From an uncultured delta proteobacterium (GTDB lineage Bacteria; Myxococcota; Myxococcia; Myxococcales; Anaeromyxobacteraceae), in assembly GCA_963766715.1 (NCBI GenBank), contig CAVYBH010000017.1, positions 64,001 through 128,000 of the forward strand: a stretch of DNA of 64,000 bases, read 5' to 3'. The position numbers were made by a program, and so were the translations under genes. A model generated the notes under the pieces. It was not told the DNA's origin and ran no database searches. It saw nothing but the letters and a program-made list of their open reading frames with translations. Positions 55,743 through 64,000 of this stretch are shown here, one piece after another. Within the stretch, counting starts at the first letter, position 1. Each line of letters opens with the position of its first letter.

Positions 55743-56375
55743 TCAGACTCCCGTGGCCTCCGCGCCCCAGATGACCTTGTGCAGCTGGAGGTTGAGGCGC
55801 GCCTTCAGCCCCGCCTCGAGCATCCACCGGGCCAGGTCCTTCGGGTCCACGCGTCCCAGGACGGGTCCGACGAGGACCGCGACGCGGTCCTCGAGCCCGT
55901 GGCTGCGGATCACGTCGAGCGACCAGCGAAAGTCGGCCTCGGAGGAGACGACGAACTTCACCTCGTCGACCGGGCGCAGGCGCGCCAGCCAGGAGAGGTC
56001 GGTGGCCGGCTCGCCCGACTCCGGCGTCTTCACGTCGGCGATGCGCACCACCCCGGCGGGGAGGCCGTCGAGCGGGAGCTGCCCGTGGGTCTCGACGGCC
56101 ACCTCGTAGCCCCGGTCGAGCAGGGCCTGCGCCAGCCCGGGAAGGTCGCGCTGGAGCATGGGCTCGCCCCCGGTGAGCAGGACGAAGCGGCAGGGGTGGC
56201 GGGCCACCTCCGCCAGGATCTCCGCCTGGCTCGCCTCGGCGCCGCCGGTGAAGGCGTAGGCGGTGTCGCAGTAGTTGCACCGCAGGTCACAGCCGGTGAA
56301 GCGCACGAAGACGCAGGGGCGCCCCGCGCGCGTGCCCTCCCCCTGGATGCTGAAGAAGATCTCGGTGACCCGCAT
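55743..56375 (-). CDS. queE: 7-carboxy-7-deazaguanine synthase (radical SAM)
   Basis: EIFFSIQGEG, CDLRCNYCDT, TGGEP, QLHK. Confidence 0.92.
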   Translation of the reverse strand: MRVTEIFFSIQGEGTRAGRPCVFVRFTGCDLRCNYCDTAYAFTGGAEASQAEILAEVARHPCRFVLLTGGEPMLQRDLPGLAQALLDRGYEVAVETHGQLPLDGLPAGVVRIADVKTPESGEPATDLSWLARLRPVDEVKFVVSSEADFRWSLDVIRSHGLEDRVAVLVGPVLGRVDPKDLARWMLEAGLKARLNLQLHKVIWGAEATGV

Positions 56376-56397
56376 GGCTGCGACCGGTCCCGGGATC

Positions 56398-56730
56398 CTA
56401 CTCCTTCCGGGCCCGCGCCTGGGCGAGGGTCTCGATGCGATTGGCCACCTCGTCGATGCGGCGCCGCAGCGTCTCGATCTCGTCCCGCGTGGGGATCTTG
56501 AACTGGGCCGCTGCGCGCCGCACCCCGTCGTCGATGGCCCGCTCGACCTCGCGCCGCTGCTGGGTGAGCCGCTCGCCGAACTCCCGCGCGTGCAGCTTCA
56601 CGTCCTCGGGCGTGAGCCCCGCGGCGTCCGCCAGGCGCCCGAGCACCTTCTCGGCCTCGGCCTCCGCGGCGTTGATGCCCACGAGGGCCTGCGACCACGC
56701 TTCCCGGAACCTTGCCTGAAGGTCTGCCAT
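56398..56730 (-). CDS. Phasin / PHA granule-associated family protein
   Basis: Helical protein with IPTRDEIETLRRRID motif. Confidence 0.7.
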   Translation of the reverse strand: MADLQARFREAWSQALVGINAAEAEAEKVLGRLADAAGLTPEDVKLHAREFGERLTQQRREVERAIDDGVRRAAAQFKIPTRDEIETLRRRIDEVANRIETLAQARARKE

Positions 56731-56747
56731 CGACGCTCCCTTCCTGT

Positions 56748-57188
56748 TTACGCCTGACCGACCACCGGCTTGCGCGCCGGCTTGCCGCTCTTGCGCTTGC
56801 GGCTCTCGTCGAGGCGCTTGAGGATCTTGTTGATCTCGCGGGAGAGCTCGGCGACCTCCTCGCGGGTGGCCACGCCCAGGAACTTCAGCGCGGCGACCTG
56901 GAGGTGCTCGAGCCTCTCGGCGGCGTCGACGCGGAACTCCTGCGCCCGGTCCTTCCACTCCTCGGCCCGCTCGCGACCCACCTCCCGGATCTGCTCCAGG
57001 CGCTCGCGAACCTCGGCCCAGTCCTTCCCCGACACCTTCTGCAGCCGGGTGGAGACCTCGTGGAGGAGCTTCTGCGCCTCGGCCTCGAGCGTCTCGAGGC
57101 GGGCCTGGGCGACCTCGACGGACTCGCGGAGGAATCCTTCCACCTTGGGGTTGCTCTTCGTCGAGCGGCTCTTCTGGGCTTCGGCCAT
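56748..57188 (-). CDS. Phasin / PHA granule-associated family protein
   Basis: Helical protein with LGVATREEVAELSREI and a basic tail. Confidence 0.7.
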   Translation of the reverse strand: MAEAQKSRSTKSNPKVEGFLRESVEVAQARLETLEAEAQKLLHEVSTRLQKVSGKDWAEVRERLEQIREVGRERAEEWKDRAQEFRVDAAERLEHLQVAALKFLGVATREEVAELSREINKILKRLDESRKRKSGKPARKPVVGQA

Positions 57189-57291
57189 GATCGTTGCCTC
57201 CGTGGGGTTTGTGCCCCTCCGGGAGGGGCGATGTCACCCCACATGGATAACGCAACGCGTCAATCAAGTCAAGCGACGGCTGATTCTGCTG

Positions 57292-58360
57292 TCAACGTCC
57301 CCGGGATTCGGTGCCCACGGCCTCCTCGACCGACGCGAAGCCGTCCTTCCGGAGAAGCTCGGGCAGCTCCGCGAGCACGCGGCGGGGGAGCGCCGGGCCG
57401 GCGTAGATGAGCCCGGTGTAGACCTGCACGAGCGACGCGCCGGCGCGGATCCGGGCGTAGGCGTCGGCTGCGTCCATGATCCCACCCACCCCGACGATCG
57501 GGATCCGGCCCGCGGCCCGGGCGTAGGCGCGCCGCAGCGACGCGAGCGCGAGCGGGGCGAGCGGGGCGCCGGACAGGCCGCCCGCCTCGGCGGCACGCGG
57601 GTGCGAGGCCACCGGACCCTGGCCGCTGGATGGTCGTGTTGGTGGCGATGATCCCGGACGCCCCGCAGCCGACGGCGACGTCGACGGCCTCGTCGAGCGC
57701 CTCGGGCGCGAGGTCGGGGGCGAGCTTCACGAGGAGCGGCTTGCCGAGCGGCCGGGCGCGGTCGACGCACGCGCCGAGCAGCCGCTCGAGCGGCCCGCGC
57801 TCCTGGAGGGCGCGGAGCCCCGGCGTGTTGGGCGAGGAGAGGTTCACCACCAGGTAATCGGCCCAGGGGTGGAGCGCCTCGATGGCGGCCAGGTAGTCGT
57901 CCGCGGCGCGCTCGTTGGGAGTGTCCTTGTTCTTCCCCACGTTGACCCCGACGATCCCCCGTCCGTCCCGGGCGAGCCGGGCCAGGCGCGCGCCGCAGGC
58001 CTCGACCCCCTGGTTGTTGAAGCCCATGCGGTTGACGAGGGCCTGGTGCTCGGGGAGCCGGAAGAGCCGGGGGCGCGGGTTGCCGCCCTGGGGCCGGGGG
58101 GTGATGGTCCCCACCTCGACGTGGGAGAAGCCGAGGGCGTGCAGGCCGGGGACGAGCACCTCCCCCTTGTCGAATCCCGCCGCCATGCCGAGCGGGCCGT
58201 CGAACTCGAGCCCCAGGCAGCGAACGCGCAGCGAGGGGTCGGGGCGGGGGCGAAGCGCAGCCCCGGCGCCGCCCAGGAGGCGCAGGGCCCCGGCCGCGAG
58301 CGCGTGGGCGCGCTCGGGGTCGAGCTGGAAGAGCAGCTTCTTCGCGGCGGTCCAGGCCAT
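57292..58360 (-). CDS. pyrD: Quinone-dependent dihydroorotate dehydrogenase (frameshift near 57615)
   Basis: AAGFDK, NRMGFNN, NLSSPNTPGLR, KLAPD, GGLSG, GVGGI. Confidence 0.95.
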
Positions 58361-58364
58361 GGGA

Positions 58365-60560
58365 TCAGGACCGCGGCTCGCCGAGCCGCTCCCGGAAGAA
58401 CCGGATCTCCAGCTCCCCGAGCCGCTCGGCGGTCGTCGGATCCGCCGGCAGATGGGTCACGTTGGCGAGCGGCACGAAGGTGGCGGGCCCGCCGGCGCGG
58501 AAGAGGGCGTCGGCGAGCTTGAGCGAGTGGAGCAGGTAGACGTTGTCGTCGGCCGTCCCGTGGATGAGCAGGAGCGGCGCGTGATCCTTGCCGGCCAGGC
58601 CGGTGAGCGAGCTCCGGTCGTAGGCCTCCGGCGCCTCGGCCGGCAGGCCCAGGTACCGCTCGGTGTAGTAGGTGTCGTAGTCGCGCCAGTCGACCACCGG
58701 GGCGCCGGCCACCGCGGCCCGGTACACGTCGGGACGGCGAAGCGCAGCCAGCGCCGCCATGTAGCCCCCGAACGACCACCCGGTGATGCCGACGCGATCG
58801 AGGTCCATCTCCGGCACCAGCGCGCCCAGGGCGGCGAGCGCGTCCACCTGGTCCTCGAGCGCCGGCCCGGCGAAGTCGCCCTTCACGGCGCGCTCGAAGT
58901 CGCGCCCCTGGCGGGCGGTCTCGCCCCGGTTGACGATCTTCACGATCAGGAAACCCTGGTCGGCCTTCCACTGGGCGACCGGGGAGCCGCCGCGCATGCC
59001 GAACGGACCGAAGCGCGTGGGCCCTCCGTAGACCTCGACGATCACCGGGTACTTGACGCCGGGGCGGAAGTCCCGCGGACGCACCAGCGCGGTCCACAGC
59101 CCCCGCTTCCCGACCTGCCGCAGCTCCGGCCGCGCGCGGAAGGGCGGCTCGAGGGCCACCGACGGGAGGACCGCGCGCTCGGTCCCGTCGCGGCCGTGCA
59201 CGGTCGTCCGGGGGCCCTGTCCGGCGCGGGTGGACGTCACGAGCAGCGCCTTGCCTCCGTCGGCGAGCCGGGCCGTCAGTCCCACCGGGCGCTCGCCGGG
59301 CAGGACGACCTCGACCGGGGCCGAGCCGGGACGCACCCGGAAGAGCCGGTCCTGCGTGGCGTCGCCGCGCGTTCCCAGGAACCAGACCTCCCCGTCGTCC
59401 GAGACGCCCACCAGCCCGACGTAGCCGAGCTCCCGGGGCGCGACGTCCGCCACCCGGGCGCCGTCGGGGCCGCGAAGCTCCAGCTCGGCGCCGCCGCTCC
59501 GCTCGGTGAACCAGAGGAAGCCGGAGCCGTCGGGCATCCAGCGGAGCGCCGCCGAGTTGAGGTTGAGCCAGGCCGGGTCCTTCTCGACCAGCAGGACCGC
59601 GGTCTTCCCGGTGGCCGGGTCGGCCCGCAGCACCGCCTCCTCGGTCTGGGACCGGTTCTGGACGACGAGCAGGAGCGGAGCCCCCTTGGACCAGCGCACC
59701 TGGGCCAGGTACGGGTAGCGGTCCCGGTCCCACTCCACGAAGGTGGGCGTTCCGCCCTCGGCGCCGACCACGCCGAGACGCACCCGCGTGTTCGCCCTCC
59801 CGGCGCGCGGATAGGCGAACTGGACCGGGGCGCGCTCCGGGCGCGCCGGGTCCTGGATCGAGAGCTTCTCCACACCGGAATCGTCCGCCTCCTCGAAGGC
59901 GAGGAGCCGCGAATCGGGGGACCACCAGTAGCCCTCGGGGCGGTCCATCTCCTCCTGGGCCACGAACTCGGCGAGCCCGTGCGTCTTCCACTCGGTGGCG
60001 CCCGACGTGAGCGTCCGCGAGGCCCCGCTGGCCAGGTCGAGGACGCGGAGCTCCCCTCCCGCCACGTAGGACACGAGCTTCCCGTCGGGAGAGAGGCGCG
60101 GGTCGAGCGAGCCCGCCGGGAGGGCCAGCCGGCGCTTCGCGCCCGACGCCCGATCCACGGCGTAGACCCGGCCCCCGACGGAGGCGAGGAGCGTCGCGCC
60201 GTCGTGCGACACCTCGAAGTGGGTGATGCCGCGCGCCGTGATCCGCTGCCGCTCCAGTCGGGCCTTCTCCGCGTCGGAGAGCTCGGCCGGCTCCGACGCG
60301 AGCAACGCCTCGGCGGTGAGGAGCTCCCGGGTGGTCCCGCTCGTCACCTCGGTCGCGTAGAGCGACTGCACGCCGGACCTCGGCCCCGACCGGAGGAAGA
60401 TCACCTCGGACCCGCCGGGCACGATCACGGCGCGGGCGGGGTGCCCGGCCCTGTAGGCGCGGGTCTCGGCCGACTCCCTGAGGAAGGAGGGGGGCCCGGA
60501 AGGCGGGGGCGCGGCGGGGGCCGCCAGCAGCGCGATCCCGAGCAGGAGGGCATTCGTCAT
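58365..60560 (-). CDS. S9 family dipeptidyl peptidase IV
   Basis: Signal peptide, AEFVAQEE, GWSFGG, YTERYLG, HGTADDNV. Confidence 0.95.
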   Translation of the reverse strand: MTNALLLGIALLAAPAAPPPSGPPSFLRESAETRAYRAGHPARAVIVPGGSEVIFLRSGPRSGVQSLYATEVTSGTTRELLTAEALLASEPAELSDAEKARLERQRITARGITHFEVSHDGATLLASVGGRVYAVDRASGAKRRLALPAGSLDPRLSPDGKLVSYVAGGELRVLDLASGASRTLTSGATEWKTHGLAEFVAQEEMDRPEGYWWSPDSRLLAFEEADDSGVEKLSIQDPARPERAPVQFAYPRAGRANTRVRLGVVGAEGGTPTFVEWDRDRYPYLAQVRWSKGAPLLLVVQNRSQTEEAVLRADPATGKTAVLLVEKDPAWLNLNSAALRWMPDGSGFLWFTERSGGAELELRGPDGARVADVAPRELGYVGLVGVSDDGEVWFLGTRGDATQDRLFRVRPGSAPVEVVLPGERPVGLTARLADGGKALLVTSTRAGQGPRTTVHGRDGTERAVLPSVALEPPFRARPELRQVGKRGLWTALVRPRDFRPGVKYPVIVEVYGGPTRFGPFGMRGGSPVAQWKADQGFLIVKIVNRGETARQGRDFERAVKGDFAGPALEDQVDALAALGALVPEMDLDRVGITGWSFGGYMAALAALRRPDVYRAAVAGAPVVDWRDYDTYYTERYLGLPAEAPEAYDRSSLTGLAGKDHAPLLLIHGTADDNVYLLHSLKLADALFRAGGPATFVPLANVTHLPADPTTAERLGELEIRFFRERLGEPRS

Positions 60561-60614
60561 TCCGGGGTCTCTATCACGGGGGCACGGCCCCGTTCCACAC
60601 GTGCGGTGAACGGA

Positions 60615-61082
60615 TCAGAGCGGCTTGTCCATCACCAGCGCGTCTTCCCCGTCCTCGGCGTAGTAGCGGGGCCGGACGCCCACCTGCCGGTAGCCGAGCG
60701 AGGCGTAGAGCGCGATGGCCGGCTGGTTGGTGCGCCGCACCTCGAGCATCGAGACCCGGGCCCCCTGCTCGCGCGCGACCCGCTCCACCTCGGCGAGGAT
60801 CCGCCGCGCCACCCCGCGGCGGCGGGCCTCGGGCGCGACCGCCACGTTGAGCACGTGCAGCTCGTCGTGGACCAGCCACACCACGGCGAATCCCAGGATG
60901 GGACCGGCGCCGGCGTCGGTGGCGAGCAGGACCGTGGAGAACTCGTGCAGGAGCTCGCGCCGGATCATCTCCTCCGACCAGGGATGGGAGAAGGCGTCCC
61001 GCTCGATCTCCATCACCCGCGGGAGATCGGCCTCCCGCATCCGCCGGAACCCGACGGGCGGCGGGGCGCCCTCCCCGCTCAC
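60615..61082 (-). CDS. rimI: Ribosomal-protein alanine N-acetyltransferase
   Basis: IERDAFSHPWS, HVLNVAV, RRRGVA, LEVR..N..A..LY, RPRYY. Confidence 0.9.
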   Translation of the reverse strand: MSGEGAPPPVGFRRMREADLPRVMEIERDAFSHPWSEEMIRRELLHEFSTVLLATDAGAGPILGFAVVWLVHDELHVLNVAVAPEARRRGVARRILAEVERVAREQGARVSMLEVRRTNQPAIALYASLGYRQVGVRPRYYAEDGEDALVMDKPL

Positions 61083-61811
61083 GGACGCGCGCCCAGGTCG
61101 ACGAGCACGCGAATGTCGGCGCGCGCGCGCAGGTCGGCGAGCAGCGCCTTCGTCTCGGCGTCGGCGCGCGAGGAGGAGAGCCGCGCGCCGAATCTCGTCG
61201 GCCACCTCGGCGAGCGGTCGGCCGCCGACCTCGGCCGGGTGCGCGGCGTACCAGGCCTCGACCTCGGCCGGCGTGGCGCGCAGGCGGCCCAGCCGCGACT
61301 CGAGGTATCGCCGGACCCGGAGGGTGCGGCGCAGGTTGGCGACCAGGTCCTCCTCGGTGACGTCGATCTCGAAGAGGAAGGCCTTGTAGTCCTTCGGCGA
61401 GCGGAACTCGGCCTTGAAGCGCGCCAGCTCCGCGAGCGCGGCCGCGCGGTCCACCTCGAAGACCTGGAGCCGGACCGCCTCGTCGAGCAGCAGGATCTGG
61501 TCGACGTACCAGTCGAGCGAGGCTCGCAGGACGGCCCCGTCGAGCGGGACGAACGCGGCCTCGATTCCTCCCCGGGCCACGATGGCGATCCGCCCCTCCT
61601 CCGTGACCTTGGTCAGGGTGACGACCCGTGCCTCCCCGCCCCGGGTCCGCACCACGGCCACCACCTCGTCCGCCACGCGACCTCCGGACGGGGCGTCCTT
61701 GCCTCCGGGGCCGGCATCGACGGGACGGGCCGGCCACGGGCCCAGGAGCCCCCCCGCGAGCGCCACGGAGAGGGCGAACCGCCGTCCGGCAGCCGCGAGG
61801 GGTCTCTTCAC
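61079..61811 (-). CDS. Exported hypothetical protein, SurA N-terminal-like (frameshift near 61180)
   Basis: Signal-like N-terminus, DEVVAVV, T.AEVEAWY, ending LRARADIRVL. Confidence 0.6.
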
Positions 61812-61856
61812 GGGGCGAATTGTAGTCCCACACACCCGTCCGGGCGACAACCAACG

Positions 61857-61884
61857 TTGACGGTTGCCCCTGGCGCGTTAGCTT
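61857..61884 (+). promoter_or_regulatory. Sigma70-type promoter, probably leaderless transcript
   Basis: TTGACG-16 bp-TAGCTT, 6 nt before the GTG start. Confidence 0.55.
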
Positions 61885-61890
61885 TTTCCC

Positions 61891-62856
61891 GTGCCCGAGC
61901 GAGACCTGTATGACGTCCTCGGCGTGAGCCGGGGCGCCTCCACCGACGACATCCGGAAGTCCTACCGGAAGCTGGCCAAGAAGTACCACCCCGACATGAA
62001 CCCCGGGGACAAGAAGGCGGAGGAGAAGTTCAAGGAGATCACCGCCGCGCACGAGGTCCTCGCCGACGAGAAGAAGCGCAAGCTCTACGACGAGTTCGGC
62101 CCGGACGCCCTGCGGACCGGCTTCGACGAGAAGGCCGCCGACCAGTACCGCCAGTGGCGGCAGCACGGCGGGCGCCCCGGCCAGGAGGTCCCCTTCGACC
62201 TCGGGGACTTCTCGACCGTCAACGTCGGGGGGATGGGCGACTACGACTTCGGGTCGATCTTCGGCGACCTGTTCGGCGGGGGCGGCGGACGGCGCGGGCG
62301 GCGGCGCGGCCCACCCGCGGCCATGCCCGGGAGCGACGCCGAGGCCGAGCTCCAGGTCGACCTCCGCGACGCCGTCCTGGGCGCCGAGCGCGACCTCCGC
62401 ATCGACGACAAGACGCTCCGGGTGAAGATCCCCGCCGGCGTCCACGACGGGTCGAGGATCCGCCTGGCCGGCCAGGGAGGCGAGGGATCGAACGGCGGGC
62501 ACGCGGGCGACCTCTACCTCGTCGTCCGGCTGCGCGAGCATCCGGCGGTCCGCCGGGACGGGCGCGACCTGTACCTCGATCTCCCCCTGACCGTGCCCGA
62601 GGCCGCCTCCGGGGCCGAGGTCGTCATCCCCACCTTCGAGGGGCAGGTCCAGCTGAAGATCCCCGCGGGGACCCAGTCCGGCCGCCAGCTCCGCCTCCGG
62701 GGCCGGGGGCTCCCGGACCTCAAGGGCGGCCCGCGCGGCGACTTCTACGCGGTGGCGAAGATCGTGCTTCCGGAGGAGAGCGACGCACTGCGTGAGGCGG
62801 TGAAGCCGCTCCAGGATCTCTACAAGTCCGACCCTCGCGCCGGCATCTCGTTGTAG
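61891..62856 (+). CDS. CbpA-like class II DnaJ chaperone
   Basis: J domain with HPD, G/F region, no zinc fingers, DnaJ C-terminal domain. Confidence 0.93.
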   Translation: MPERDLYDVLGVSRGASTDDIRKSYRKLAKKYHPDMNPGDKKAEEKFKEITAAHEVLADEKKRKLYDEFGPDALRTGFDEKAADQYRQWRQHGGRPGQEVPFDLGDFSTVNVGGMGDYDFGSIFGDLFGGGGGRRGRRRGPPAAMPGSDAEAELQVDLRDAVLGAERDLRIDDKTLRVKIPAGVHDGSRIRLAGQGGEGSNGGHAGDLYLVVRLREHPAVRRDGRDLYLDLPLTVPEAASGAEVVIPTFEGQVQLKIPAGTQSGRQLRLRGRGLPDLKGGPRGDFYAVAKIVLPEESDALREAVKPLQDLYKSDPRAGISL

Positions 62857-62865
62857 AAGGGCGCC

Positions 62866-63633
62866 ATGGGAATCTTCGACCTCTTCGGCTCCCGCGAATC
62901 GCGCGAGCAGGCCAGCCTGAAGAAGCTGGGCCAGAAGATCACGCAGAAATGGGGCCCGGCGGAGAACCGCCAGAAGGCCATCGAGCAGCTGGGCGAGCTC
63001 GGCTCCCCGGCGGCCCTGAAGACGCTCTGCCTCCGCTTCACCATCCGCGCCGAGGTGGGCATCCAGGACGACGAGGAGAAGGAGCAGGCCCGCGCCATCC
63101 TCGTCGCGGCGGGACCGAAGGCGCTCGGCCCGGTGCGGGAATTCGTGGCCGAGCAGGAATCGGGCGTGGCCTGGGGGCTCCGCGTGATGGCCTCGCTGGC
63201 GCCTCCCGAGGAGGTCCTGGCCACCGTGCTCGCCCTCCTGAAGAAGCTGGGGAGCGAGTACACCCGCGACCCGGAGAAGAAGCTGGTGCTGCTCGCCTGG
63301 CTCCGCGAGCACCCCGACCTGGCCAACCGCATCCCGGCCGGCGGCCCCGCGCTCGACGAGGCCATCGTGCCGCTCCTCGAGGACTTCGTGGACGACGTGC
63401 GCATCGGCGCCGCCCGCGCCCTGACCATCTCGCCGCGCTCCGACCTGGCCCGGGAAGCCATCCTGGCGCTCCTGCTCCGGGACCGCGACAACGCGCGGGT
63501 CCGCGGGGAGGCCCTCCAGGCCTTGCACGAGCTCGGCGCCGACGTGAAGGGGCACCGGAACGACGTCGAGGCCCTCCTGGTGGAGCCCTGGTACCTCGAT
63601 CGCGAGGGGCGCGTGAAGCGCCGCGGGACCTAG
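62866..63633 (+). CDS. HEAT-repeat protein
   Basis: Helical repeats, DDVRIGAARAL, RVRGEALQAL. Confidence 0.75.
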   Translation: MGIFDLFGSRESREQASLKKLGQKITQKWGPAENRQKAIEQLGELGSPAALKTLCLRFTIRAEVGIQDDEEKEQARAILVAAGPKALGPVREFVAEQESGVAWGLRVMASLAPPEEVLATVLALLKKLGSEYTRDPEKKLVLLAWLREHPDLANRIPAGGPALDEAIVPLLEDFVDDVRIGAARALTISPRSDLAREAILALLLRDRDNARVRGEALQALHELGADVKGHRNDVEALLVEPWYLDREGRVKRRGT

Positions 63634-63655
63634 CCCCGCCACGACCGGACCGCGA

Positions 63656-64000
63656 GTGGACTCCGCCGACGCCAGCCAGAAGGCCCCCCGCGATCCGCGC
63701 CGGAAGCGCCGGCTCGCCGACCGCTGGTTCGATCCCATCCACCTCCCCGAGGGGCTCGAGGAGGAGACGGCCCGGCTGGCCGCGCGCGGCAGCGTGGTCT
63801 TCGTGGCCCGCTCCTCGGGGCTCATCAACTACCTGTACGTGAAGTGGCTGGTGCGCCGGCTCGGGCTCCCGCCGCTTCGCGTCGCCATGAACTTCGTGGG
63901 GCTGTTCGGCTGGCTGGCGGCGGTCTGGCGCAGCCGGCGCGCGCTGGTGGACGCGGCGGCGCGGGGCCAGTCCACCGCGGTCATCTTCCTGAACGGGCAC
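63656..64000 (+). CDS. N-terminus of a probable PlsB-like glycerol-3-phosphate acyltransferase, partial
   Basis: Open frame MDSADASQK...GSVVFVARSSGLINYLY...LGLP running off the window; catalytic motif not visible. Confidence 0.5.
   Translation, partial: MDSADASQKAPRDPRRKRRLADRWFDPIHLPEGLEEETARLAARGSVVFVARSSGLINYLYVKWLVRRLGLPPLRVAMNFVGLFGWLAAVWRSRRALVDAAARGQSTAVIFLNGH

Overview
GC-rich chromosomal segment from an Anaeromyxobacter-like myxobacterium (inferred from tgl, an nmp-type signalling cluster and the housekeeping gene order). It holds about 60 genes. Housekeeping genes include fdhE, pepN, moeA/mobB, metG, holA/holB, polA, glyQS, recO, queE, pyrD and rimI. About 20 genes, including polA, carry single-base frameshifts, most likely uncorrected long-read indels. 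I saw no tRNA, rRNA, CRISPR array or transposase. The most notable signal is an oxygen-sensing block at about 23-32 kb: an FNR-like regulator, a USP, a protoglobin kinase, a double-receiver protein, a receiver-kinase and a sigma54 activator (NmpUTSR-like). The same GCA-N5-TGC palindrome recurs in pairs at three promoters there; two of them also have a sigma54 box, and one has an FNR-like box between the two sites. Other points of interest are a candidate C-rich small RNA in a 9.4-14.3 kb accessory patch, an in-frame-deleted mini-YbjT in a photolyase/ferritin cluster, a MetX-homoserine dehydrogenase fusion, a YhaM-like nuclease with a long disordered tail, and two large unknown lipoproteins upstream of polA. 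All calls come from reading motifs by eye; no database searches were run.
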